Of a stretch of DNA of 64,000 nt, positions 31,724 through 45,256 are shown one piece after another. The first letter of the stretch is position 1; each line of letters opens with the position of its first letter. The DNA comes from Octopus vulgaris (taxonomy: Eukaryota). The translations under genes were made by a program, and so were the position numbers. Below the pieces are notes generated by a model. That model was given only the letters and a program-made list of their open reading frames with translations, was not told the DNA's origin and made no database searches. Location of the stretch: contig OX597840.1 of assembly GCA_951406725.2 (NCBI GenBank), positions 19,778,001 through 19,842,000 of the forward strand, written 5' to 3'.

Positions 31724-32352
31724 TGTTTCTTTGTTAGCTACACAAGGCTGCACACAGACGGGACAGATTACAAAGTAGAGTTTTTCTTTATGGGGAGAAA
31801 AGACAAAAAATAAGTGGGGTAGGTTTTCGATCAAAAGGGAAAGAAAAAAAAAGATAGATAGATATAAATACATATATACATACTTATATACATACATATA
31901 TACCTACCTACCTATCTAAATACATACATACCAACACATACATACTTATATACATACATACATACATACATACATACATACACACAAACATACATACCTA
32001 CATATTTTGATTGACAGACAGATAGATAAATAGATACATACATACACACACACATACACACACATCCTCACATATTTTCACAAATAAATTAATTAAACTC
32101 GTGTGCTTGACCTATCCAACCTTAACCTACCACAATAATAGCTTATAATCTAAACTCGATAAAAATAATAGGTTGCTATAGAGATATGGTTTAGATTAAC
32201 TTTTGTACGAAACACAAAATATTAACGTTACAAACATTTCTCTTTATTTTTAGCAACTCTAATGGAAAATTTGGAATAACCTACATTTTGAGTCAGATGC
32301 CAATGGTTCGATGGCTAAATGACTTCGAACCTTCTACGCGTTTCAGTCACTA

Positions 32353-32413
<61 letters not shown>

Positions 32414-32420
32414 ATGTATA

Positions 32421-32605
<185 letters not shown>

Positions 32606-32607
32606 AT

Positions 32608-32991
32608 GTGAAGGCGCAATGGCCCAGTGTTTAGGGCAGCGGATTCGCGGTCGTAGGATTGTGGTTTCGATTCCAAGACCGGCTGTTGTAAGTGTTTATT
32701 GAGTGAAAACGTCTAAAGTTCCACGAGGCTCCGGCAGGGAGTGGTGGTCGAACCCTGCTGTACTCTTTCACCGCAGCTTTCTCTCACTCTTTCTTCCTGT
32801 TTCTGTTGTACCTGTATTGCGAAGGGGCCATCCTGGTTACACTCTGTGTCACGCTGAATCTTCCCCCGAGAACTACGTTAAGGGTACATGTGTCTGTGGA
32901 GTGCTCAGCCACCTACACGTTAATTTCAGGAGCAGGGTGTTCCGTTGATCGGATCAACTGGAACCCTCGTCCTCGGAACCGACGGAGTGCC
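32608..32991 (+). mobile_element. SINE family C, tail type 2 (tail fragment also ~25180-25325)
   Basis: Same head and body, with a different 3' half (gttaagggtac..gtctgtggagtgctcagcca...gacggagtgcca). Confidence 0.8.
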
Positions 32992-33706
32992 ACGTATATT
33001 TATCAATGCCTGTGTGTGTGTGTGTGTGTGTGTTATGTATACGCTTATGTAGATGTGTCATATACTCTTCCAGACATGTTGGCCGCATGACACATGGCTC
33101 ATCATGAGGTGGGCCGCACAACTAAAAGTAAATTTTAACTCTCTATTTCGAAAGTACGAGCGGGCCGCAGCCGGCACATCGATATGAACGGTTTCTTAAA
33201 CAAATCGAGACCCGTTTGGTTTTGTTTGTTTGTTGTTATTCTTAGTTTGGTGTGGTGGACAAAAAAAAATAGGTAGACCTCAATATCGTTGTAAAGAGAG
33301 GATCATATCTATTGAGTGATACAGCTCTAGAGACTCACATACAGAACTTGAAGTTTCTGATTCAACGATAAGTTGATTGCAGCACTGCTTCAGCTGTTGT
33401 AAGAGCCTTTTCATGCGTGTCACTGAACTTAAAACGGCTAAAGAAGTACTGTGATCATCGTTTCACAGAAACGTGACGTTATTTACGTCTCAATAGCTGT
33501 ATCGTTTGATATATAGATATACATATAAATATATATATAGGGAGATTTTACGAAAAAAACAAAAGACGAAGACCGGTGGTGTATAAAACAAACAGATGTA
33601 TTAGTATAACGCTCAGGAATAGAGAAAGTCTTTTACGTTTCGAGCCTACGCTCTTTTACAGAAAGGGATACAGAAAAAACAAGGAGAGAAAAAAATGTGT
33701 GTAGTG

Positions 33707-33753
<47 letters not shown>

Positions 33754-33810
33754 GCATATATATATATATATACATACACACACAAATGCACGCGCACATA
33801 CACACGCACA

Positions 33811-33862
<52 letters not shown>

Positions 33863-34324
33863 TCATACACACATACGGAATATATTACGCAGAGAAACAG
33901 CCACGTTAACAGCTCCACTGCCTCCGGACGCTATATTGTATCGAAATGCCCAAATTTAACAAACTGTGCTAAACAGCAGTTGTCGCACTCAGAAGAAGTC
34001 CATCTTGGCGCATTCCGCTGTAAACTACTTCCCAAATCTACGGACATACATAAGAGCAGAGGGTGAAGAGGGTGTATTTCCAAGGTGACACATCTTATTT
34101 TGTTCGATTCATTACTAATGTCCGGTTATGCGGTATGGCCTACTTCCAGGCAAATATTTTGTATACTTGAGGTGTGTGAGTCACATTTGATCATTCGGTC
34201 GGTTATGTAGGTGACTTCGCAGTACCGCATCAAGGCTAACCTGGGGTTACAAAACAATAGCATCAGACACAATAGCAACAAAGAGAACAAACGTTTAAAG
34301 AAATCCATAAAACGCACACACCCT

Positions 34325-34388
<64 letters not shown>

Positions 34389-34912
34389 CTATGAATCTAT
34401 AGAAAGGTATATTCTATTCATAGGAAAGCTGCGGCCCTCTCGTACTCTCAAATGACACGCCTAACGAAATAGAATTGAATTTCTTTTTAGTTGTGCGGCC
34501 CACCTCATGATGAGCCATGTGTCTGGTAGAGTCTATTAGACACCTTACATACATTAGGATATACGTAACACAAACACACATACACACACTCACACATACA
34601 CAGACGCACACTCACATGCACACACACACATACACATGCACATACACACACACACACATACACATACAGAGGCATTGATAAATATAGGTGAGTCAAACTG
34701 TGACCTATATATCACACATATATTCCACGCACGCACACATATATATGCGTGTATCTATGTATGTATATTATATGGTTGTACATACATACATATACATGTA
34801 AGTATATGTGTATATATGTATGTCTATACATATATGTATATATATATATTACTGATAAATGACCTCAATACAATAATTCCATAGTACACATATACACATA
34901 AATACAACAGGC

Positions 34913-34943
<31 letters not shown>

Positions 34944-35003
34944 GTATTTACATATATACATATATATATACATATATATATATATACATATATACATATA
35001 TAC

Positions 35004-35087
<84 letters not shown>

Positions 35088-35469
35088 ACATATACGTATA
35101 TATTATCACAGCTACTCCTACCACCACCACCAACAACAACAACGACAACAATAATAAAGGAGGTGATAACGATGATACTGATGATGATAATTGAAATGTA
35201 AAAATCCCTGGGAAATGTTGTTAATAACATTTCTAAAAATAGACCAACAATTACTTCTTTGGTCAGGGTCAAAATACAGGTCTCTTGACATGTTCAACGA
35301 ACCGTGACGCCTAGACCAAACACCAATCAACTTAAGTAATTTAGTAAAATCACACACTGATTGGTCAGAATGCAGTTTGAAAAAATTAACATTCTGGACC
35401 CTATACAAATGTATTTGAGGCTCACAGTTTAGCCATCTGATTACAATTTACAACTATCACCACAACTAC

Positions 35470-35517
35470 ATTACCCTGAAGATTGCAGAGTTTAATGCAT
35501 GAAAGTACTAGTTCAAT
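35470..35517 (+). ncRNA. Hammerhead motif (single copy in window)
   Basis: CUGAAGA-U-UGCA(gaguuuaa)UGCA-U-GAAA-GUAC-UA|. Palindromic stem III AGUACU; stem I partly decayed; AATAAA ~70 nt downstream. Confidence 0.5.
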
Positions 35518-35659
35518 CAGAGTGGACATTTAACATTCTATCGTTTCATTGTATTATATTATATTATTATAAGATTGTAAATAAAACGTGAAAATCAAAG
35601 TTGGAATTTCTTTGTGTAATATATTCTTCTATACACAATCATATACACCCGTGTGTGTA

Positions 35660-35705
<46 letters not shown>

Positions 35706-35924
35706 GTATATATATATATTTGTCCGAGTCAGACGCCATGATAGGTCGTTAGCCACTACACACATTTTTTTTCTCTCCTTGTTTTTTCTGTGTCCCTTTC
35801 TGGAGAAGAGCGTAGGCTCGAAACGTAAAAGACTTTTTCTATTCCTGAGCGTTATACTAATACATCTGTTTGTTTTGTACACCACCTGGCTTCGTCTTTT
35901 GTGTTTTTTTCGTAAACTTTCCCT

Positions 35925-35966
<42 letters not shown>

Positions 35967-36104
35967 GAAATTTACACAGAAAAACAAAAGACGAAGACAA
36001 GTGTATACACAACAAACAGTTGTATTAGTTTGACGCTCGGGAAGGTACGAGGGTCTCTTACGTTTCGAGCCTACGCTCTTCAGTATAAAGGCTGTGGGAT
36101 TGAA

Positions 36105-36316
36105 ATTCCCTATGGACAAGTGTACCCTCTAAGCTTCATATTCAGTTTTAGACGCTGGTGGCGTAGGGCTTGGAATTTTTCAGCATTAAACTGCATGTTA
36201 TTATCCTGAGCTCATCTGTAAATTCAGTCCAACTACTGCTGCAGATGTGCAACATCGCTGGGGTTCTGTATTTTCTGCGAGATTTTCGTATCGTCTGTGT
36301 AGCTTGCAAGGGTGGC

Positions 36317-36320
<4 letters not shown>
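36105..36320 (-). pseudogene. CR1/L2-type LINE reverse transcriptase fragment (shorter copy ~21300-21420)
   Basis: Translates to [44 protein letters not shown]: a YxDD motif and the downstream NxMxFN motif, with stops. Confidence 0.75.
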
Positions 36321-36352
<32 letters not shown>

Positions 36353-36370
36353 TGTATGTATGTATGTATG

Positions 36371-36423
<53 letters not shown>

Positions 36424-36519
36424 GCATACATACATACATATATATATATATATCGTATTAGTACATCAGAATAAAATATGTATGTATGTATATATATATA
36501 TATATGTATGTGCGTGCGT

Positions 36520-36555
<36 letters not shown>

Positions 36556-37468
36556 ATTTAATACCCTCTCTCGATTCTATTCTTAACTCACAATTTCGGG
36601 AGTTTTAATTAGTTTTTGATTAATTTTCAAAACAATCAAGAATTCTAGGAGTGGGTCTTTAATGAAAGGAACTAAATAATTATAATTATGCATAATTAAA
36701 ATCATGGAATATTAAATGAATTAATCTGCTGATATAAGATTTTATAAGCACCAATTAAGGACATATGATTAGGGAACAGTTTATGGTGTCACTTATGGTG
36801 CTCCCTTAGCCCCTTGCTTGCTTGCAAGCCGCGTTCTTTACTATACTGTAAAGTACGTGACCCCTGTCGTCCCCGCTTTCCTAATTAGGTTATGTAAATG
36901 ACCACCCTGCCACCACCCGCTCCTGGTATTTAAGCTGCGCCATGTTTGCATCCTGGGTATGACCGCTGGAATAAGTACTAGGCTCATATATATATATGAG
37001 ATTCGCCATGATAGATCACTAGCCACTACACATTCTTTATTTTCTCTCCTTGTTTCTTTCTGTGGAAGAGCGTAGGCTCGAAACGTAAAAGACTTTTTCT
37101 ATTCCTGAGCGTTATACTAATACATCTGTTTGTTTTGTACACCACCTGTCTTCGTCTTTATATATATATATATATATATACATATCCTCTTGTTCCATGT
37201 CTCTGTCCTTCTGTAGTAACAAAATGGCTTTTCCGTTTTCGTTTCTGTTGATTTTTACGTCTTCTTGTGGTGTCCTGTAAGTATATATATTTATATATGC
37301 ATGTATATACACATGTAGATGTCGGTACGTACATATATGTTTGTATGTATGCATATATTTTATTTATTACACTATTGTCTGACAGCGCTTCGCGTCGGGT
37401 TCGTTTGAATTTTCGATTTTTCGAATTCTCACTTCGTTCCGTCTCTTTCCTCCCAGTTTTTTTACAGT

Positions 37469-37612
<144 letters not shown>

Positions 37613-38244
37613 AGAGAGAGAGAGCAATGTAACTACACGTGTGCCGTTGGCGATTTCTACTCCATTTTTGGACTTTTCCCTTTCTCCTTTCCGAAGAACA
37701 AACAACTATGCTCGAAACGTCGAACACTCTCCTTTCACCGGGTGTCAAGCATTTCTTGTGCACGTCCTCATGCTGTTTTTTTCTTTTTCGTTTTTTCATT
37801 TGCTTATTTGAATTGTTTGTAGGTATGTTATGTATTTGTGTATCCTATGTTTGTCCCCACCCTCCACTATCATTTGACAACCGATGCAGTTGTGTTTACG
37901 TCCCAGTAACCTAGTGGTCCGAAAAAGAGCGACGGATAGAATAAGTACTCGGCATACAAAGAATACGCCCTGGGGTCGATTTGTTCGACTAAAGGCAGTG
38001 CTCCAGCATGGCCGCAGTCAAAATGACTGAAGTAAGTAAAAGAAAAGGATGAAAAGAAATACTAGCAAAAAACACTTGAAGCCTACCCTGGGGTCAAGCC
38101 TTGAGGTGAAGGGCGAAACTCAGAATAAACGGTCGTCTTTACCTAATATTAGACGCATCCACTCACACACACACACACACACACACGCATACACACAACG
38201 GGTGAGAGACTAATATACTTACACACATATTCATGCTCATTCTC

Positions 38245-38464
38245 TCTTTCACTTGTTTCAGTCATTTGACTGCGGCCATGCTGGAGCACTGCCTTTTAGT
38301 CGAGCAACTCGACCCCGGGACTTATTCTATTTGTAAGCCCAGTACTTATTCTATCGGTCTCTTTTTGCCGAACCGCTAAGTAACAGGGACGTAAACACAC
38401 CAGCATCTGTTGTCAAGCAATGCTAGGGGAACAAACACAGACACACAAACATATACACACACAT

Positions 38465-38530
<66 letters not shown>

Positions 38531-38716
38531 ACATATATATATATACATATATACGATGGGCTTCTTTCAGTTTCCGTCTACCAAATCCACTCACAATGCA
38601 TTGGTCGGCCCGGGGCTATAGTAGAAAACACTTGCCCAAGATGTCACGCAGTGGGACTGAACCCGGAACCATGTGGTTGGTTAGCAAGCTACTTACCACA
38701 CAGCCACTCCTGCGCC
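38245..38716 (-). mobile_element. SINE family A, full length
   Basis: Reverse complement of the 22732 copy, with internal (TA)n/(CA)n. Confidence 0.85.
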
Positions 38717-39240
38717 TATCACATATATCTTTATTGTTTTATGTATTGACACCAACAGCACCACCTCCTCCACCAACAACAACAACAACAACCCCACCAC
38801 CACCACCATCATCCATAACCATCACCACCCACTCAATCATTCGTCTTCTTCCATCAATGATGTCAATCACCCGGCTTTCCCACGTTTCATTACTTTACTG
38901 ATAAACACCCCCAGTGAAACAATAGCACATCACAAAGGTTACCAACCAACCTACAACAACTGTTTGGTAGATTTTAAACTTGGCTGCAACTTCCAGCCGC
39001 TAGAAATGTTAACAGCCGATTACAATTGGGCGCAACTGGTCGTGCTTGGCCCGTTTACCTCGGTGCTAACCAGGGGATGCCAACGCAACGTTTAAAAGCC
39101 TCCTAGAAATACAAGCCAAATACAAGAGTAAACAAGAGAGACAGAGAAAGGCAGAAACAAGGAAAATGCCACTTGTATTTGAACACTATGCAAATATTCT
39201 TTTAAAAAAAACTTTTCTTTTAATTTTTCTAAATTTAATC

Positions 39241-39285
39241 ATTACACCTGAAAAGGTCTCAAATGTCCGAAACCGGTACTGAAAT
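39241..39285 (+). ncRNA. Decayed hammerhead-like motif
   Basis: AUUACAC-CUGAAAA-GG..CC-GAAA-CCGG-UA|CUGAAAU. Palindromic ACCGGU, G8A core change. A similar GAAACCGGTA followed by AATAAA lies at ~2562-2583. Confidence 0.35.
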
Positions 39286-39329
39286 GCTCTTTATAAAATT
39301 ATTTTAGCATTTTCTATCTTGACTTGTTT

Positions 39330-39375
<46 letters not shown>

Positions 39376-39395
39376 AAACAAGTCATCATCATCAT

Positions 39396-39696
39396 CGTGA
39401 CCGACCAGTCTATCAGATGTTGCTACACATCGCTGGTCACAATGGTCTTCGCATTGTTTTAACCTTCAACTGACTCCACCCCGCTGGCTAAGCGAGCAGG
39501 CCAACAGAAGAAAGAGTGAGAGAGAGTTGTAGCGAAAGAGTACAGCAGGGACCGCCACCACCACCCCCTGCCGGAGCCTCGTGGAGCTTTAGGTGTTTTC
39601 GCTCAATAAACACTCACAACGCCCGGTCTGGGAATCGAAACCGCAATCCTACGACCGCGAGTCCGCTGCCCTGACCACCGGGCCATTGCGCCTCCA
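39396..39696 (-). mobile_element. SINE family C, tail type 1
   Basis: Co-linear with 2689-2998. Confidence 0.85.
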
Positions 39697-40138
39697 CATG
39701 TGTGTGTGTCTGTGTCCGTCTCCTATGTTCCTGTCTTTAGGCTTTCACTTCATACACGCCAGCACAATTTGAATCGCTCTCAGTCGAAAGACGCCTGTTG
39801 TTATTTCTTGTTTGTATTCGGAATTGTGTACCGTGTTCTCCGTTTGGGCTTTTTGGGTTTCTTTTTTTTTTGTCTTTGTGGCCGTACACATTTGCTAGCT
39901 TTCTTACAAAGGGGTCTAATGCTCTTAGCTTACACTTTTTGTTGGGCAACCAGATAGAACCATCTCAAGTATAACTGTCCGAAATAGTCGTGACTTCTGG
40001 TACTTGACTGAAGAAAGAAAGCCAAACACGTCTTTTTTGCCTGTCCTTCTAATCGTTGTTTCTCTTGTCCGCCTGTGTATCGTCCATCTGTCCGAACGTT
40101 TAATGCCCTCTGTTACGTTTTATTCCATTTATATATAT

Positions 40139-40193
40139 TAACAAAACTGTCCGACGAACGGGAACGTGAAACTCTGAGTAACAGCTTTTGTTA
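40139..40193 (+). ncRNA. Hammerhead motif, paralogue of the 63865 element (element 40139-40281)
   Basis: UAACAAAACUGU-CCGACGA-ACG(GGAA)CGU-GAAA-CUC(U)GAG-UA|ACAG-C-UUUUGUUA. 12-bp stem I with one bulge, GNRA-capped stem II, U4C core variant. Downstream ~90 bp nearly identical to 63900-64000. Confidence 0.72.
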
Positions 40194-40283
40194 TATTTCT
40201 GCTGCTTTTAAATAAAGCATATTACTCTACCTCTGGTATTTGAGTACTCTTTTTTTTTCCACCTTGTTTCACATTTATGTGCT

Positions 40284-40320
<37 letters not shown>

Positions 40321-40446
40321 GCACACACAGAGAACTCAAGTAATATCGCGTTTGATGACATATGGTAATCGGTTCATAAATTTAGTGCTCAAGGTTGACT
40401 TGCTGCCTAAAATTCCAACGTGAACTGCTACTAAAAGCAAAGACTT

Positions 40447-40501
<55 letters not shown>

Positions 40502-40697
40502 AATAGAGAGTACATATATATATATGTACTCTCCAAAGTATATGTATATATCTATATATGTATGTACATGTCTATATATATGTATGTATGTGTCTATATA
40601 TATATACATATATATATATATACATACATATATAAACATATATATAGATAGATAGATAAATAGAGTACATATATATATGTACTCTCCAATATATATG

Positions 40698-40728
<31 letters not shown>

Positions 40729-40767
40729 ATGTCTATATATATGTGTGTGTGTGCGTGTGTAAGTATA

Positions 40768-40811
<44 letters not shown>

Positions 40812-42829
40812 TATATATATATATATACCTATATGTATGTATGTATGTAAAGATAAACTTGGAAATGTACATACATGCATATATATATGTGTGTGTGTGT
40901 ATGTATGTGTATGTATGCATGTATATATATATATGTGTGTGTGTGTGTGTATATGTGTGTAGGAGATGGGCCTAAAGTCACGAAGGTCTGATTGCATATT
41001 GCTATCTGCTGCCATTATCTGGTGACTCCATCCCATCCGTCGACTTCGTTTTCTCACTTCGTGCTTCTTTTGGCTCAGCCTGATAGTCCGCTTTCTAATT
41101 TTGGCACAAGGCCAACCATTTTAGCGAAGAGAATCTGAGTCAAAGACATCACCATCGGCACTCGGCTGCTGCTTCTTTATCAACTTCACTGGAATGAAAG
41201 GCAAAAGTTGACCTCTGCAAGATTTCGATGTGATAAATGCTGCAACGCCATTTTATTTTCTTCTTCCAGTTCATTCGCCATATTGAAATATTTTGGTTTG
41301 AAATTGAACCACGAAGAGAGCAATTTCTCGGAATGGGTTAACTCGATTACATCGTCCCCATCTCCCCAGTTTTTCACGGGCAATTTATTGACCCCGAAAG
41401 GGATAAAGGCCAAAGTCGACCCTGGTGGCATTAGATCTAATAATGATAATAATAGGCTGACGATATGTGCATCTCTGATCACGAGCAGAAGTATTGGGGG
41501 AGCATCATAGCCATGTGTTGAGAGGGATTCTTTGGGGTTTGAATAATTAACCTCTGGAAACATGGATGTTTCGTTCAACATCCTTAAACAACCCTTATTC
41601 AGGGAGCTTTTGACCAGAAGAAAATTCTAACTGGGCCCCACCTGCAAGGGCATGTGCTGTTTATCTTGATATGAAATCACCATGTCGCGCACATATGGTT
41701 GTGATGCACGTGATTGGTGTACCCTTATCCGACGTGGAATGTTGACCTTGTGCCAAAATTAGACATTATTTTGGATTTTAAAACCCTTAACTGTATCTCA
41801 CCAAGAAAACAAAAGAAAAAAAAACGGGGCGATTAAACAGACGAGGTGGGGAGCGAGTAGCGGACTACACACCCCCAAACAAATTGTGTTTAGCCTCACT
41901 TGTAGACGACTGACCGCAAAAACGCTGCCGCGGGAGATCGGTCGGTGATATTTGCTGTAACAACGACCCCACTTCGCGCATCTCAATTCTCAGATGCACC
42001 GGATATTATCCAGATTTTGCAAAGGAAATAAATCTGCAGTACAGGGTCCGAAAACACCCGAGGTCTCCACGGTGACCGGCACAAACCGATAATGGTCATG
42101 CAATATCTCATAGATTCAAGTTTTGGTGGGGAGGTGTCTAACTTTAGAATTACCATTGTAGGGTAGGTGCAAGAGGCTGGATCTGGTAGTTTTGAACAAG
42201 ACATCAAATCGAATAAATTGGTCCTGGTATGGCCAGTTTAAACGCCGGTGTTAAATAATATGCTAAAACATTTTGCCCGAATATGCTCTGCAGAAATTGG
42301 AATACATCTTTGTATACCCATGCAGCCTTTAACGCCATCATATACGGTGTCTGCAGATATTTCTTCAATACTTTATAGCTTGCCATTGGATTGTGGCCAT
42401 GCTAGGGCAGCGCCTTCGTAGTTTTAGTCGGTCTTTTCCCGGACCACTAGAGATGGACGTAAATAAACCAACACAAGTTGCCAAGCAGATATAATAATGC
42501 ATGCCAAATTCAGAAGGCCTAAGTCGTTTTATTTATCCAAGATGCAACGCAATGGAACCCCAAGCGAGTTCATTTGACTGCGGCCTGACTGGAGCACCAC
42601 CTTGAAAAAATAATCAACAATACTCGAACTCTTCTGCTTCGATGATGCCTTATCCATTAGGCCACAAGGCCAACTTTTTTTTTTTTTTTTTTTTATTCTT
42701 ACACACGAAATCAAACAAGGGAGCAGGAATTACGCCACTCCATTAGCTTGCAGTTGTTTCTGCTGCTATAAGCTGCAAACGTAGCGCTTTATCCATCACT
42801 TTGTAGCTTCCACAAAGCCCTTTCTCACA

Positions 42830-42892
42830 CACCACCAACAAAAAATAAGAAATCACGAAACTTCATTTTCAATTTTATCATGAAACTTTATT
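42830..42892 (-). terminator. Candidate distal polyadenylation signal with downstream U/GU-rich element
   Basis: Minus strand AATAAA (42892-42887), followed ~40 nt later by ttcttattttttgttggtggtgtg. Sits close to where repeat-poor sequence gives way to repeat-rich sequence. Confidence 0.55.
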
Positions 42893-44023
42893 TCACAGAA
42901 TAGACAATAAAACACAAAACATAAATTAATTAAAGGGGGCGGGGAGCAACCCCCAACTGTATTGCAAATAATAATAATAATAATGATACAGTTGGGTTTT
43001 TAGTTTACATTGGTCAGAGTAAAAACTTTTAGCACAGTGTTTTTCTTCTCAGATTTTAACTGAAGAATTATTAAAAAAAATAATAAAACATTGAAATACT
43101 GACCAAATTGACAAATTAATTTAATTACGTTTAATTACGAAATATTGATAATAAATATCTTTTGCTTTTTTTTTTTTTAAAGTTTTTATTTCTATGATTT
43201 TTTTTGTTATAAGTTAGGAGAAAACTGGAATAATTTATTAATTAGCAAAGATTCTTTTTTTTAGTTTTTGTGGGGTTTTTTTTTTTTTTTTACACTTATT
43301 TAATATTTTAGGATAAATACATTACTGAAGTAAGGTAGCTCTTAGCCAGAACGCCTTGAGTGCGTGTTGTGGTGTGTGTATGCATGTGGTGTGTGCGTGT
43401 GCACGAGCATGCGTGTATAAAAAGTAGACAGAATGTTATTGTTTACATTATATACAACAAACGTGTGCACACAGAAGTGGGGAAAGAGAGAGAAACGGAA
43501 TATTTTTAATTAAAAAAACTTTTGTAAAAAAACTCATTTAAGTCTACAGAAAGTGTTGAACTACAAACACAGATTAAATAAAGGGGGTAGATTGGTGGGG
43601 TGACAACAAAACGGGTGGGTATCCGTTGTTGGCAGCCAAGTTGAAAAGTTACTGCCTAAACAAACAATTATATAAATACATATATATAATGTAATTGTAA
43701 TGAAATTGTGTATATGTAAGGAACATCGAAGGCAAAAGTGAACTTTGTCTGTCCTTCCTTCCTTCCTCCACGTACACATTGTCTCCCCCACCACACCTCC
43801 TTCGTAAAGAGGGGGGGTACTTGATTGTACACCCGCCCACTAATACTTAGCCAAATTACTAACGGAAAGAAAGAAAAAAATAATCACTACACAGAAATTT
43901 GTCTTCAAGCATATAAATTAAGATAGGAAAAGGGGTACAAGAAAGGCAAAAAAAAAATAGGGGTCACAGAGAAATTATGTTACAAGTTGTTCATCTTTCT
44001 TCAGGTTTTATTTTAAAGAATGA

Positions 44024-44054
44024 AATAAATATTAAATAAATAATAGAATAAATA
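44024..44054 (-). promoter_or_regulatory. AU-rich element cluster (four AUUUA, one UUAUUUAUU nonamer)
   Basis: mRNA reads UAUUUAUUCUAUUAUUUAUUUAAUAUUUAUU. Confidence 0.55.
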
Positions 44055-44344
44055 GAAAAAAGTCGGAAAAAATCCTTATTTTAATGGAGGGTTAAATAGG
44101 ATGGGAAACTGGGGTGGTGGATAAGGGGCTAGATCTTAAGGGATTAAGATTTGGGAAGGTAAGGCATTTTAAGGCATTTTAAACTTATTTCCGTCATTTT
44201 AGTTAAAACTGCCAATTATTTATTTTATAATTTGATTTGAAAATAAGAATTTTGAGATTTACTTAGAAACTGACAAAGTTTGAGAAAATCAGGTTTGGTA
44301 CAAAAAAAATTAATGGAACATTTGAAAATTTAACAGAAAATTTA

Positions 44345-44835
44345 GATTTTTGCATCTTCATATCTGGGACTGCTTTTGGGTGTTCTTTGATACAAAAATT
44401 TACCAAATATTAAGACTGATGGAACATTTTGAAATTTGGTATATTTTTGTATCCAAGCATCAAAGGCAGCCCCAAACATGGATTTAAATTGGAACATTTT
44501 AAAATTGAAGATTTTTCTATCCAAGAACGACCAAAGGCAGTGCTTAGACACGGATCTAAAAATGGAATATTTTTTAAAATTTAGCAAATTTTTGCATCTC
44601 ATATCTGTGACTGCTTTTGGATGTTCTCTGATACGAAAATTTACCGAATGGAACATTTTGAAATTTGGTATATTTTTGTATCCAAGCATCAAAGACAGAC
44701 CCAAACATGGATTTAAATTGGAACATAATTGGAACATTTTAAAATTGAAGATTTTTCTATCCAAGAACAACCAAAGGCAGTGCTTAGACACGGATCTAAA
44801 ATGGAATATTTTTTTTAAATTTGGCAGATTTTTTT
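44345..44835. repeat. Two-copy tandem duplication (~243 bp unit) made of ~70-80 bp sub-repeats, one of them inverted
   Basis: tttgcatct..atatctg.gactgcttttgg and aaggcagtgcttagacacggatctaaaa recur at ~243 bp spacing. Each unit contains a ~40 bp inverted repeat. Confidence 0.9.
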
Positions 44836-45256
44836 GTATTAAGAAGAAGCCGTCCGAAACGTGGATTAAATTTATTACAAATAAGAAGGTAGGTAATGTT
44901 TACTACTGCTTAAGACTAAGGAAGATTTAGGTTAGGTTCATTTCGGTTAAATTGGCAACATGCCATGTACATACAGTGCTGTGTATGTTAGGTCATAGGC
45001 CTGGAAAAAGATCAAAGAGATTAGAGGGGAGGGGAGAATCGGAGTAGAAAAATAAGAACACTTTACCGCCAGCCAGCAACCAAGATATGCAGGAAGGTCG
45101 GGGGAGGGGAGGGGGTCACTACCTTATCTCACCTGCTAATATAGTGAAGCTTAAACATATGCGACTGTTTAAGTACAGTGGTGGTGGTCATAAGTGGGAA
45201 CACTTCCTAGGCACTCCTTAACACATCGTTAATACAAAAATAAGGCACTGATTAAA

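Noticed and set aside
32320-32356. Partial hammerhead (minus: AGU-agug-ACU-GAAA-CGCG-UA)
   Set aside because: The 5' catalytic core is replaced by (TA)n, so at most a truncated remnant.
32608-32682. tRNA gene
   Set aside because: tRNA-like head continues into a SINE body and lacks a complete acceptor stem.
44342-44930. 149-aa and 164-aa ORFs with internal repeats
   Set aside because: Arise from the tandem duplication; no recognisable domain or splice context.
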